Source: Octopus sinensis (Eukaryota). Taken from it: a stretch of 64,000 nucleotides of DNA. Below are positions 15,872 to 27,250 of this stretch, piece after piece (the first letter of the stretch is position 1; every line of letters starts with the position of its first letter). The stretch covers positions 73,160,001-73,224,000 of the forward strand of contig NC_043003.1 in assembly GCF_006345805.1 (NCBI RefSeq), in the 5' to 3' direction. Position numbers and translations under genes: made by a program. The notes beneath the pieces were generated by a model, which was given only the letters and a program-made list of their open reading frames with translations, was not told where the DNA came from and made no database searches.

Positions 15872-18358
15872 ATACTGTAATTCGATGAATAATTTCATAG
15901 AAGTCAGGAAACTAACATTATTTTGCTTTATTTAAAAAAAACCCGTCAACCTCAACTTAAGAAATCAATCACCACTTTTGATCCAAATCATGCCAAATTC
16001 TAGGGTGGCTCATAACGTCTGCTCAAGCTTTTATCAAACTTGCGGAAATAGTATATTTGAAATTTCAGCTTTCAATGTTGAAGTAGTTTCGGAGTTATTG
16101 GCATTTAAAACTATAATCACTAAAAGGCACTAGATTCACACTTCAATATTTCCGCTGCCTAAATCCTTATAAACGTAACAGAGATGTGGAATAAAAGTGT
16201 ATTTATACATTTGTAAGATTACTGAATTGAAATTGCACTATGCAAAGGTTAAAACCTAGGGTATTTGAAGACAGAGGCCACTTCAAGTATTCGATAATAT
16301 GCAAAATTTAAAAATTACATATTTTTAACTTTATAGGTCTAATTCCAATTTCAAATAACTGTATAAGAAAAAGAGTGCGGAATGTTAGCAAATTTTTAAA
16401 CATAACAAAGAATTAATATATTTTGTTACATAAAATAAATCGATGCTGAAGTTACTCCTTTTTACAAACATCATAAAGATTTGAAGCCACGTGATTTCCC
16501 GTACTGCACTCTGATTTGTTTTTTACAGAGTTCAACTTTATTTTGTTTTGAACTTGCAGGATACCACATAACTTCTGATAATCATGTGCATCGAATACTT
16601 GGCCAGTAAACCAAAAATATTCTTATTTGTAAGAGATAAATCGACAAGCATTGAGAAGGAAAAATCTTTTCTCTGGTAGAAGAATAAATGCCAAAAAGCT
16701 AATATTGCTCTAGAATTATATCTGGTATTAGTTAAGTTGGGTATTTTTTGAAACTTTACAGTAGGAAATTTGTCGGTTTCTTCAAAGAAATGAAAAACGC
16801 TGGTCAAATGAAATAGAAATTTCATGTCATCTCACAATCCTGCTGATTCAGTAATCTTTTCTTCACTATTGTTGAAATTAGCCTGGAGTTTTTCGTAATT
16901 ATTTAGAAGCACTAGGATGGATGTATATTCAATATTGTGAGATTACTTTTTTTCTCCAAGTTCGTTATTTATTACAACATGAAGATATGATACTGACAAC
17001 CAATAAATTGCAGTTCTTTCAAATTATTTTGAGTAAACAGTCTTTGCAACTGAATGACAATGCCATTTCTTTTTCCAGTGTTCACACCCGTTGTATCAGC
17101 GACAATCATCTTTACATAAATTCTTATTGCTTTAACAACAGCATCGGCTTTTCCGGTCACTCCGTTCTCCCAGTTCATTCTTTAAAACTATCACTTGGTA
17201 CTCTTGGTCATCAATACGTTTACCACAAAAATGCAATTACCAGTTTTATGAATGCAGTGTTTACTTTATTTTCTTTTTTAGTTTAACAGCTTCTTTGATA
17301 GTCGATCAGTAAATACCGGATTGGGAAGGAGTCTTGACATTTATTCCATTTGTCGACAAGCTGTTGATAGCTTGGAAGATATTACCAACTTGGTTGTAGT
17401 TCCAGTTTTACTATATTTCCCCCTTGTTTGTGTGGATTCTTCATCTGAATTTTTGGACTCTTGATATTCACTTTCAGTCTCTGCCTCAGACATTGATGAT
17501 GACTCTGGAGTTGTACTAGTCGAAGTTGGCATTAAAGAATACTCTTCCTCTTTTGGATGGATGGATAGTTTTGGAACTGGATGCCTTTCCAGTTACATAT
17601 CCAACCTGTCTCTTGCTTTCAATTTGAAGATAATATAACGTTGTATCCTTACTGCACAAGCATTCACCGTTTGTCTTTGTAATGTCAAAAATTCCTTTCA
17701 ATGAATCGTATTTTCTTCGTTTTACACATTTATCGTAGATATTCCGAATTGATAAATATAGGAAATTTAATTTCTTTTGCCTTAAAAATGTTATTTCTTT
17801 CGAATTTTCTTTGTGCTTTCTTTACTTCCTTTGATGGTACCTCCAGGGAACAGGTAGCGACTGACAATTTGAAGTTCCATTGGTATCCTGCTGTGTTTTC
17901 CCAAGAATACTTTTCTAGAGGAACAGGTCTCTTTTTCCTCTTTGTTCTTTGAGTGACACAAAAATTTCTCTTAAGAGCCATTATTTTAGATACTACTATT
18001 CTGAAAAACAGTTAATATAGTCAGAGTTTTTAGCGTCACAGAAATAAAAAGGAGAGAGGAAGGGGATATTTCCTAAAGTAGGGCTTAAGTGGTAACCAAT
18101 TAAAAACTGTATAACTTCTAAACTACTCAAATTTGAAAGCTGAAATTTCAGATATACTGCTTCTGCATTGCATTAAGTCAGCACACTAAGCTTGGTAAAA
18201 ACTTCAGTAGCCGTTATGAAGCCCACTCCTTAGAATTTTGAATGATTCGAGTCAAAAGTGTTATTAAATTTCTTCAGTTGCGAGTGACGTTTTTTTAAAA
18301 ATCTTAAAATAAATGTTATTTTCCTTATTTATATGAAATTCTTGATTGACCATTGATA
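15872..18358 (-). mobile_element. Degraded hAT-superfamily (hATm-like) DNA transposon with ~230-260 bp imperfect TIRs
   Basis: TIRs ~15872-16110 and ~18100-18358 share 'aatttcata', 'cacttttga', 'aaattcta..g.gtgg..cataacg' and 'tgaaatttcagctttcaa'. Minus-strand transposase pieces: IFDI..IHPSKR, TPSQSGIY, LHF(C)GK, MIVADTTGVNTGKRNG, FIGCQYH (CxxH), TRYNSRAILA. Confidence 0.75.
16538..17981 (-). pseudogene. Fragmented hAT-like transposase
   Basis: ORFs 17730-17981, 17516-17701, 17341-17532, 16972-17178 and 16538-16825 are colinear pieces separated by stops and frameshifts. Confidence 0.7.
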
Positions 18359-18531
18359 CAGGAAATTGTTTACTTCTAAAAGAATGGAAAAGACATAACC
18401 TAATATATACATATACAAACACATATATACAATACATGTATACTATACTATCTATTGTCTGAAATGGGAGACAACCTCTACAGCAAACGAAATCTTATAT
18501 ATATATATATATAATATATATATATATATAT

Positions 18532-18583
<52 letters not shown>

Positions 18584-18705
18584 TACACGCGCACACGCGC
18601 GCACGCACACACACATACATATATATATGTATATATATACATGAGTCGTCCATGAGTCCAAAAGTCACGGAAAAGATCCACTCGTATATCTGTCAACAGA
18701 GTGGG

Positions 18706-19362
18706 TATATCATCCGAAATGTAGTGTATTATATATCAAACACGGCTGATCTTACCAATTAGTTTCGCACTGCGAATACAATGGTGTGTTAGATAACAAT
18801 CCGATTATATAACCTTACACTCATCAGAGTTAGCAGATATGGAAGGGAATATGGTGACTGCTCTCTATTGTCGGAGGTAAAATGACACATCCGGTTTGCA
18901 GTTGCTGTGAAAAAGATGGTGAAACGAAAACGAGCAGAGGATTAGGTAAGGAGTAATATCCCTTGGTTGGACTCGTCGTAAATCGCTAACAGTTATCCTG
19001 AAATGTTTGTGAGACATTACACATATCACCTACCCCATCTCCACAGGAGCACCTCACATAATAAGGCATACCCTTCTAACAAACACTTCAAGAAAACTCT
19101 TACCGGCTTTACTCCGAATCTAACTAAAGGACATAACTTCTAACCTAATCCCTGCCCCCTTTTTCGTTTCACAGCAACCACAAACCGGATGTATCAATTC
19201 ACCTCTGATAGTAGAGAGCAGTCATAATATTCCCTTCCACATCGGCTAACTCTGAAGAGCATAAAGTTATGTAATTGGGTTGTTATCTAACACTCCATTG
19301 CGCTAAACTGATTGGTAAGATTAACCTTGATGAACATGTAATACTGTACATTTCGGAATATA
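18706..19362. mobile_element. Foldback element: ~300 bp diverged inverted arms, each with an HHR motif (PLE pLTR-like)
   Basis: ~18706-19015 is the diverged reverse complement of ~19075-19362. HHRs at 18745-18834 (-) and 19245-19326 (+). Confidence 0.75.
18745..18834 (-). ncRNA. Type I hammerhead ribozyme motif
   Basis: Reverse complement: gctaact-CTGATGA-gtgt...gtgc-GAAAC-taattg-GTA-agatcagc. Near-palindromic stem III (ACCAATTGGT consensus inferred from both arms). Confidence 0.6.
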
Positions 19363-19874
19363 TATATGTACATGATAATACACACACACGTGAATATGTA
19401 TGCATGTGTATGAATAAATGTATGAGTGTATGTGTATGTAAGAATGTATTATGTATCTATATGTTTGCATTTAATTATGTAAATCTTCACGTATGATTTT
19501 GTTTTAAATTTGGAATTGCCAAGTACTTTGTTATTATTTTTACTTAAAAAACCAAAACAATATTTCTTTTGAAATAACGTAATTTCAGGTCAGTTTATTC
19601 TATACCTTGGTTTATGTTTGTACTAATAACACGAGGAATTTTAACCTTTTATTAGTGAAGCTGGTGTTGTGTGGTAGTAGCTTGGTTCAGTCGGTTATAT
19701 GTTGCTGCTGCTGCTGCTGCTGTGTATGATGCTATGTGCAATGAAGCTACAGCACTATTCAATTATTTATTACTTTCTTTACTCTTCACAAGTTATATTT
19801 CGAGTTGGCCAAAAATTATAACAGCCTTCACATTAAATCAACACGACTCTAAGAAATATATTGTAACGTGGTAT

Positions 19875-19995
19875 GACTTACGGCCATAACAAGTTGAATG
19901 CATCGGTTCTCGTCCGATCACCAAAGTGAAGCAACGTCGAGCCTAGTGGGTACTTAGACGGGTGACCGCTTGGGAAATCTTGGTGTTGTAAGCAT
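19875..19995 (+). pseudogene. Full-length 5S rRNA-derived sequence (pseudogene or SINE3 head)
   Basis: gacttacggccataacaagttgaatgcatcggttctcgtccgatcaccaaagtgaagcaacgtcgagcctagtgggtacttagacgggtgaccgcttgggaaatcttggtgttgtaagca is colinear with metazoan 5S rRNA over ~120 nt with scattered substitutions. Single copy in this window. Confidence 0.9.
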
Positions 19996-20068
19996 CTCAT
20001 ACATTTTTAAGGCAATGCTCCAGCATGGCCGCAGTCAAATGTCTGAAACAAGTAAAAGAATAAAATAG
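19875..20068 (+). mobile_element. Candidate 5S-derived SINE (5S head plus shared SINE/LINE 3' tail)
   Basis: 5S is followed by 'ggcaatgctccagcatggccgcagtcaaatgtctgaaacaagtaaaagaataaaat', the same tail as at 42752-42806 and 60077-60131. Flanks gtaacgtggtat / gtaacatgtgtat resemble a decayed TSD. Confidence 0.65.
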
Positions 20069-20612
20069 TAACATGTGTATTAAGATGGACACAATGGCTT
20101 GGTAGAGGAGCTTGATTAAATTTTAGAATCTGTACAGATCGAGTCATATCTGACAAATATAACACATATCCAGGTTAAGCATGGCATCGTTCAAACGACT
20201 ACGTCCAGTGCAAGGGATGTGTGTAAAGTGGACCGCAGTTTGGCACAAACTGAAAGCTGGCGCTCAAACAAACCATATTTATAACCCTCGTACTTAGGGC
20301 ATTCAAGATGGGTCCTGAATGATCCATCACTTGAAGACAGGCTGCACATTGGCTAATAACTCGGCCTTTCACGTAATTAGGGTTGAGGGATGTCGTGGCT
20401 AAATCTTCATTATCTAGCGACACTGTTTCGGGTCTTTTAACCCTCGAGCTGTTTTCAATTATCACTTTCTAATATGAAACTGCTCCAGACTCAGATGTAA
20501 TTCGATTTAATATATTCGATATAATACACTCCAATCCATTAAGCACTATAGTATACACAAATAACATTGAGTTGTATTTGCGAAACACACAAGAAATCAC
20601 ACGCATGCACAC

Positions 20613-20653
<41 letters not shown>

Positions 20654-21417
20654 TGTGTATATGTATGTATGTTTATAGATTTGTGCGCATATGTTTGTGT
20701 ATCTCTGTGAGCGTGTGTGTATATATATATATCAGCTCCACTCACTAAAACAAATCTTTGGATATAAAAATGTACTATTTAAATACACACATACACAGGC
20801 GTACACACATACCCAATTACTCGCAAAGACATACAACCAAGAGAAAACAAATGGTGATAAATGGTTTCCTTCATACTTTGTTCACAACAACTAAATTTTA
20901 GTTAATGTTTTGTACTTCTCTAAACTTTTGTTTCCTGTAATTACTTTGTTCTTTTCGTCTGAACAATTTCTACTTGATTGTGTTATTGCCGTATATCTTT
21001 ATAGACAAAGTAGGAATGATAGTATTACTAAGAGAATAGTAGAAAAGGATTGTGTGACTAACGTAAAGAGATTCAGTCATACAAGATAGGAAGAGAGAAA
21101 ATAAACCTGAAGCGAGTAAAATGAAAACAGATTGAGAGAGAAAAGAGCACAGAATTACTGACGTAAACGGTTTGATATAATATAATATAATATAATATGA
21201 TATAATACACACACTCACACACACATATTATTAAAATAGCTACTCACAATTTAAAACCAAAAAGCACAAGTACAATCGTCGTTGAAGTGGCTAAGAGTGA
21301 AAGTCATCACCAACATTGTTAGAAATAAGAATATAAGCAACTCTTAGCCACGGGCAAAGCACTATCTATTGACTGACAAGGAAGACAACCTCTCTACAGC
21401 ATGCGAAAGCATACACA

Positions 21418-21738
21418 CACAAATAAATAAATTAAAAAAACATGGATATGCGTCACTTCATCACAGCTGTTTCCAGCGGATTTGTTTAATAGATTAATGA
21501 GTATATTACTTTATATCTAAAAAGAAAAAAATACGCTTTCATCATATGATACGTAACATTTCAAAACAATATAAAATCAGTATTTTACCACAATAAAACT
21601 TGATTCCTGCCGAAGCTGGCTTGAAAGAAATATTTTTAGTTATGATATAATGTACTCAGTAATCTATTAAAGAAATTCGCTGGAAACCACCGTGATGAAG
21701 TAACGCGTATCCATCACTTTGTTACTTATTTATTTGTT
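21418..21738. mobile_element. Foldback element with ~120 bp inverted arms (PLE pLTR-like)
   Basis: 'atggatatgcgtcacttcatcacagctgtttccagcggatttgtttaatagatta' versus 'taatctattaaagaaattcgctggaaaccaccgtgatgaagtaacgcgtatccat'. Contains a GAAAC-AGCT-GT palindrome on the minus strand. Confidence 0.7.
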
Positions 21739-21749
21739 CATAATACACC

Positions 21750-22000
21750 TCACTGGAATCTCGACCCCCTCGGATATTCTGGAGTATACCAAATAACGTA
21801 CGACCAATACAACGCATACGTTTGGATTAGCCCATAGGCTATTAAAATACTCATAACGATTAAATTTTCTGAATACATAACCTGAATTTTTCACTGGATG
21901 TCCTTCGGTGCCCATGATATTTATTCGACTAAGGGTGCTGTTTAAAAGTTTATTTCTACCCTACTTGGTGCTTATCTTTTAAGTATCTGATTCCTTTTAA
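21750..22000 (+). mobile_element. Penelope-like GIY-YIG fragment
   Basis: + frame reads SGVYQITYDQYNAYVWIS, a decayed SGVY.I.C..C..YIG.T motif, at ~21778-21830. Confidence 0.5.
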
Positions 22001-22142
22001 TCTTTAATATTGTGTGTATATATATATAGATTACACTGCAAAGTGGTAAGATTAAAAAGCCTTCTTTCCTCATCTCGAGGTCCTTTTCTTTGTGATTCTT
22101 GTATTCATCTTTATCCACTCCATGTAGATTTCTCAGTTTGTT

Positions 22143-24095
22143 TATCACCACCATCATTGTTCGACCGTGGTCGAGACAATGGAATTTACCATGCTACGCC
22201 AGACTTCACGGTCCATCATGGCATTACGGAGGTCCTGTTGCTGGATGCCTGTATCCCTGGAGATTACATCAGGGTAGGAAAGTGTGCGCCCTCTGGTATT
22301 GCGAGTAGATGGCTTCCAGAGGAGAAGAGTAGAAATTGCCTCGTTTTCAGCTCTACAACAATGTCCAGCAAACTGGACTCTCCTACCTTTCACAAGAGAT
22401 GACACAGGTGGTAATTTCCCATATATTTGCATTTTGGTTGGATGGCGCTTCCACGAGAGATTTTGAGCTCCCATAAAGAGGCGAGTGTAGGTTCCATCCA
22501 ACCGCCTCTCAAGCTTCTTTGATAACGTCCAGGTTTCTGAGCCATATAGTAGAATTGTTTCGACTGTGGCCTTTAAGATTTCAAGTTTGAAGTCTCTACT
22601 TAGATTTGATGACCAGATCTTATGCATGTCATTACAGGCTGACCAGGCCATACCCTTTCTAGTTAAAAAATCTTTTCCAGATGATGATATGTATGACCCA
22701 AGATATTTGTAATCAGAAACCATATTTAAGGGCGCATTGTTGAGTGTATGGATGATGCAATCACTGTTGGACAGGCACTTGTTTATATATTCAGTCTTGG
22801 CCTCATTGAGGTAAAGACCTACACAATTTGAGGCTTGTTCGAGAGATTGTAAAAGAGACTGGGCATTGGAGAGAGAATCACTGATAAGAGCGATGTCATC
22901 AGCAAAGTCAGTGTCTGTCAAGTATTCAGCTGGGTGTCTGGAACTTCTTCTTGATTTTATTTCAAAGCCCTTGCCAGAGATGGTATCAACTGACATACGT
23001 AGCACATAGTCAACGACAATGATGAAAAGAAATGGGGCGAGTGTGTCTCCCTGCAGTATTCCGGCTTTGATTGAGAAAGGTGATGTTTCTCCGTCAGGGG
23101 TTAAGATGGTTGAAGACGTATCTGTGTAGAGGACCATGATGGCAGAAATGATTTTCTCTGGTATCCCATAGAGCTTAAGGATTTCAAACATCTTGTACCT
23201 ATCTACAGAGTCGAACGCTTTAGAAAAGTCTACAAATACCATTGCAAGATCGCGATTAAATGCTTTTGATTCTTCAATAAGTCTGTGTAGGCATAGTATA
23301 TGGCTCAGCGTTGAGTGCCCATGTCCGAATCCATTTTGGTTCTTTCGGAGCAAAGGTTCAACAAAAAGGACAAGACGATTTAGAATCAGTTTGTTGTACA
23401 GTTTTGCAGTAATTGACATTAGAGATATACCCCTGTAGTTGGTGACGAGGGACAAATCGCCTTTTTTGGTGGGATGATTTGAGATTGGTGCCAAATCTTT
23501 GGAGCGACAAAGGTGGAAAGTGTGTGGTTGCAAAGGTTGAGCAAAAGTGTGTGAAATCTATCATCCTTCCAAATTATAGCTGGGATGTTGTCGGGACCAA
23601 ATGCTTTCGGCTTTTAGTTGCTTGGTGGCTGCTGTTAGTTCAAATATGGTAAAAGGGAAGGTGTTGATGTGCAGCGTGTCTGATATAGACACACTTGGAA
23701 GAGTGGGGTTATCAGGGATTTTGGCATTCTTCCCAAGAAGGTTTTTAAAATGAGTTGACCAATTTTCTAAACGCTTCTTAGCTGATCCCCCATTAATTTT
23801 AATTGATGACCCAGAATTTTTGCCTGATAGGTCTTTGATGGATTTCCAGGCGAGATGTTGTTTTTTACTAATGTGCTCTTTGGATAGTTTGCTAATTTTG
23901 CCATTGATAAAGTCGACCTCGGCGTTCAAGTAAGCCTCATCAAGATTCTTCTTGGCAGCTATGAGTTGGATCTTCAGTGACTGGGATGGTTTGTTTAACG
24001 AGGTATTAAAAGGTGTCAGCCTTTGAAACCATAGGCTGTTGCAGTATTTGGTTGTATTTTTCGATGAAGAGAGTAGAAGCTTCAGATCATTGCAG
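22143..24095 (-). mobile_element. Relatively young 5'-truncated RTE-like LINE
   Basis: Long RT ORF plus upstream linker ORF 23561-23929, with a frameshift near 23540-23600. Short (TGG/TGA)n tail right after the stop at 22154. Confidence 0.9.
22154..23533 (-). CDS. Reverse transcriptase domain of RTE-like LINE (truncated, probably non-functional)
   Basis: NYRGISLMSITAKLYNK, QNGF, FVDFSKAFDSV, GILQGDTLAPFLF, DFADDIAL, YKYLGS, LLYGSETW, FAGHCCR. No endonuclease domain upstream in frame. Confidence 0.85.
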   Translation of the reverse strand: MQPHTFHLCRSKDLAPISNHPTKKGDLSLVTNYRGISLMSITAKLYNKLILNRLVLFVEPLLRKNQNGFGHGHSTLSHILCLHRLIEESKAFNRDLAMVFVDFSKAFDSVDRYKMFEILKLYGIPEKIISAIMVLYTDTSSTILTPDGETSPFSIKAGILQGDTLAPFLFIIVVDYVLRMSVDTISGKGFEIKSRRSSRHPAEYLTDTDFADDIALISDSLSNAQSLLQSLEQASNCVGLYLNEAKTEYINKCLSNSDCIIHTLNNAPLNMVSDYKYLGSYISSSGKDFLTRKGMAWSACNDMHKIWSSNLSRDFKLEILKATVETILLYGSETWTLSKKLERRLDGTYTRLFMGAQNLSWKRHPTKMQIYGKLPPVSSLVKGRRVQFAGHCCRAENEAISTLLLWKPSTRNTRGRTLSYPDVISRDTGIQQQDLRNAMMDREVWRSMVNSIVSTTVEQ

Positions 24096-24099
24096 TATA

Positions 24100-26600
24100 A
24101 AACCTGTTGAGGACCTTTAAAGAAAAGGTCACTTCTTATCTTTACAGTTTTCTCTCCAGAAGTTTAATGCTTTCAACATCTCTCACTAAATTAGTTGTTG
24201 TATTGAGGTGGTCTTTACGCGGGGAATTTTTGAGTTACTTATACATTAGCCGCTTGTTTGATGCTATTAGAAGCGCTATAATTGTGAACATCAGTTCAGG
24301 TAGATAGGAAAAATGCTCTCCACAAAAAGAGCAAAATGTCCAGCTCTTCTTACTGAATAATCTTAGTATTCATTCCGCCATTCTCCTGCACATCGTTGCC
24401 ATTTTGGTAATGTACACGAATAGATATTTCATTATCCAAATTTTCCCTGAGATCATGAACAGAGTGCAACTTCGTAATTGCAATTCTTCCATGTCCTGTG
24501 TACCTTTGTTGTCCAGTGAGTGACCTTATCGAAAGCCTTTGTAAAGTAGCATGACTTAAATAGCTAGTTCAGCACCAAGTCGCAGTGTTTCGGGAGTTAT
24601 GTAAGGTGACTTCGTTCTGGGCGAAATATGCGCTGAGTTTTAGTCAGTGATACATTTTATTTCAAGAACGCGATTAATTTTCGTCTGATAATTAGGCCAC
24701 TGAAGTTCCTGATATGCAAAATCAGTGAGATAAGCCTGTATCTTTCAGCATCAGCTCTCCTTCTTTATAAATCGGGAAATTACATCTTTTAAAAACTTTG
24801 GCGCTGATTTCCCATTTGTCAGAGAGCTTGGAAAGAGTATTTAGAATGGCTTAGCAAGAGTTTGTTTACACGCTTTTATGATGAATGCAGGGAATTTACC
24901 AGATCCTGTTGCAGAATTTAAGTTCGATTCATCTTTAACTGATTTTACATCTTCCTCCTTTATGTCATGATAGCTTCCACCACCCTATGTTGGGATGCTT
25001 TGTTAAAGAACTACTATGGTTTACTTACCTGCGTGTGTCTCAGTGAGGAGGTAGAAATAATTTTGTCCTTTTTATTCAGTACTTCATATACCGTTAGGGT
25101 TTGGTATTAGTGAGTTATCTGTTTAGGCAATTGCCTTATTTTGTGATGCACAGAGACTGATTTCATAGCAAATTTTTCTATAGACATGGTTGCTTTATCT
25201 GGTCTTCTTATAGCGTAAGAATTCTTTGTTTTTTTTTCTCTGCGTCTTCGAGTGTTCTTCTTAAGCGGGGTTGTTTAGTTTCTATTTTTTACTTTCTATT
25301 TACTCATGGTTTATCCCATGGTTTCTGTCTTCTATATCAGTATGAATATGATCTACATCAGTATTCAAATCTCCCAATCTTCTATATTACTATTTGATGG
25401 GTTTCTGTGATTGGTATGCTTATCTTATTACCTGATTGCATTTGATAAAGGGAATTCGCTTTAGTTCTAACGGGTAGCAGTTCTTTAACATTTAGTAGTA
25501 ATATCAATGTGATGATTCGATGCGTATTGGTGGCAACCATCTCGGGACGGCCTATTAACGCAGACTAGCGTACAAACATACTTTGTTATTATTAGCTGCA
25601 ACGAAGCTAACTTCCGTATAATCTTTTGTGTAATGCTTAAAAATTTGCGACTCTATGCTGCTTCACTTCCGTGAGGTAGATGGTGTGTGTTTACTTACTT
25701 TTTTATGTGGATGCTCATGTCTTTGAGCTTCGGTTATCATGTTCTACTGAAGATTTTCTGTCAGAAGCTGGGTATAATTTTCTACCCTTCGATTGTTTTC
25801 TGAGGAAAGAGTTTCCCCTTTCAGCATAGTTAGTTGAAGGTTAGAGCGAGCAAAAAGAATATGTGTCCCGTCTTCTCCATACAATCAGGGTGCAATTTAG
25901 CTGGAACTTACAGGATTTTCATAGTTATTTTCCTGGTGTAATTTTTGAACATGAAATCTAAAAGCTTATTTTTAATTTTGCTTTTTATCACAAGTCTGTC
26001 TGTTTTAAATGCTTCTCGTTTTTGTAGTTGATGACAAAGCTAACTTCATCTTGTTCAGCATCTGCCTCTTTACTACTTTCCTCATTAATGGTGTTGGAAC
26101 CTATTGTGTTCGCAGTGGAATTCTTGGCACCCCCCATTGATCATAGCAGACTCTTCTTGACTACACTGGAATCTTTGGCATCACCACTATTGCTTCTTTT
26201 ATCGTCTGCATTTTATTTTCTTCTTTCATGATAACTATAGCAGGTGTAAATATGGTATGACAAGGTCATAAGGGCAGGTAAATTTATTGCTTTTCCTGAC
26301 AATTTGCGCCATTGACCTATGGTGTCTATAAATTGTGAGAAAATCTAGACTGATTGAAAGAGAGCGCCCAATATTATTCTACACTATTAAGAAAGTGTAC
26401 AACTCACCTACTCGCCAGCTTCGCATCTTCTAATTCTTATTTGCTTGAGTCTGTTGTTAAATAAGCTTACAGTTTGTTTTGTTTCATAAAGAAATTTAGT
26501 CAACTTGTCTGTGAGCATATATGTTCAGATTTGGCTTCCTAGTTTGAAGAATATTTTAGAAGAAATTCAGATGCGAAACAGAGTAAAAGGGTTCAATATG
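24100..26600 (-). mobile_element. Old L2/CR1-group LINE remnant (ORF1 Cys-rich region plus APE fragments)
   Basis: Minus strand shows decayed (L)TETH-like (~25035), GDFNFP-like (~24890) and SKIPR (~24220) motifs. Cys-rich ORF1-like pieces lie at ~25850-26320. The element probably continues at 22030-22140 past the RTE insertion (inference). Confidence 0.35.
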
Positions 26601-26779
26601 TTTTGAAGAGAATAATGTGATACGGAGAAGAAATAGAGGATACATGTTCAATTCATTAGTCATACATGAGAAGATAAGAAGGGAGAGACAGAGAGAGTGA
26701 CAAACAGAGAGTAGTAGGCTGTTCCATGACAGCTATGGTACATTCTGAGTTAAAATTATTTCATTGTGCACTGCGTAGC

Positions 26780-27250
26780 GAGAGAAACGAGAAACGAAAC
26801 GAGAAGAAAGGAGAAAGAGAGAGAGAGAAAAGGAGAGAAAGAGAGAGAGAGAGAAAAGGAGAGAAAGAGAGAAAGAGAAAGAGCGCAATAACATAACTTA
26901 ATAGTCTCATTACTTGGAGAGAAATATATAGAGAAAACAGTGGATCAAAATTTGCGGATATGAAGAGGAACAATTAGTATTACTATGAGGAGAGAGAGAG
27001 GAAGAGAGATAGAGAGAGAAATAAAGAGAGACAGAGAGACAGAGAGAGCAATATGAGGAGGGTGTGGAACTGAGTATCTTGCTATGTACCATAGAAACTC
27101 GTTGGAGAGACCCAGTGAGAGGGCTGTATTGATATCAGTTTGTTGATCTCACTCTAGCAAAAGATAGGAGAGAGAGAGAGAGCGAAATATATAAGAACTA
27201 TGAATTTGCTTTATTCCAGTATTACGTGAGCGAGAAAGGGGAGAAGGTAA
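26780..27250. repeat. GA-rich low-complexity tract
   Basis: Purine-rich, imperfect (GA)n. Confidence 0.85.

Noticed and set aside
19875-19995. Functional 5S rRNA gene
   Set aside because: It is a single isolated copy with substitutions in paired and internal control regions, and it is fused to a retroposon tail.
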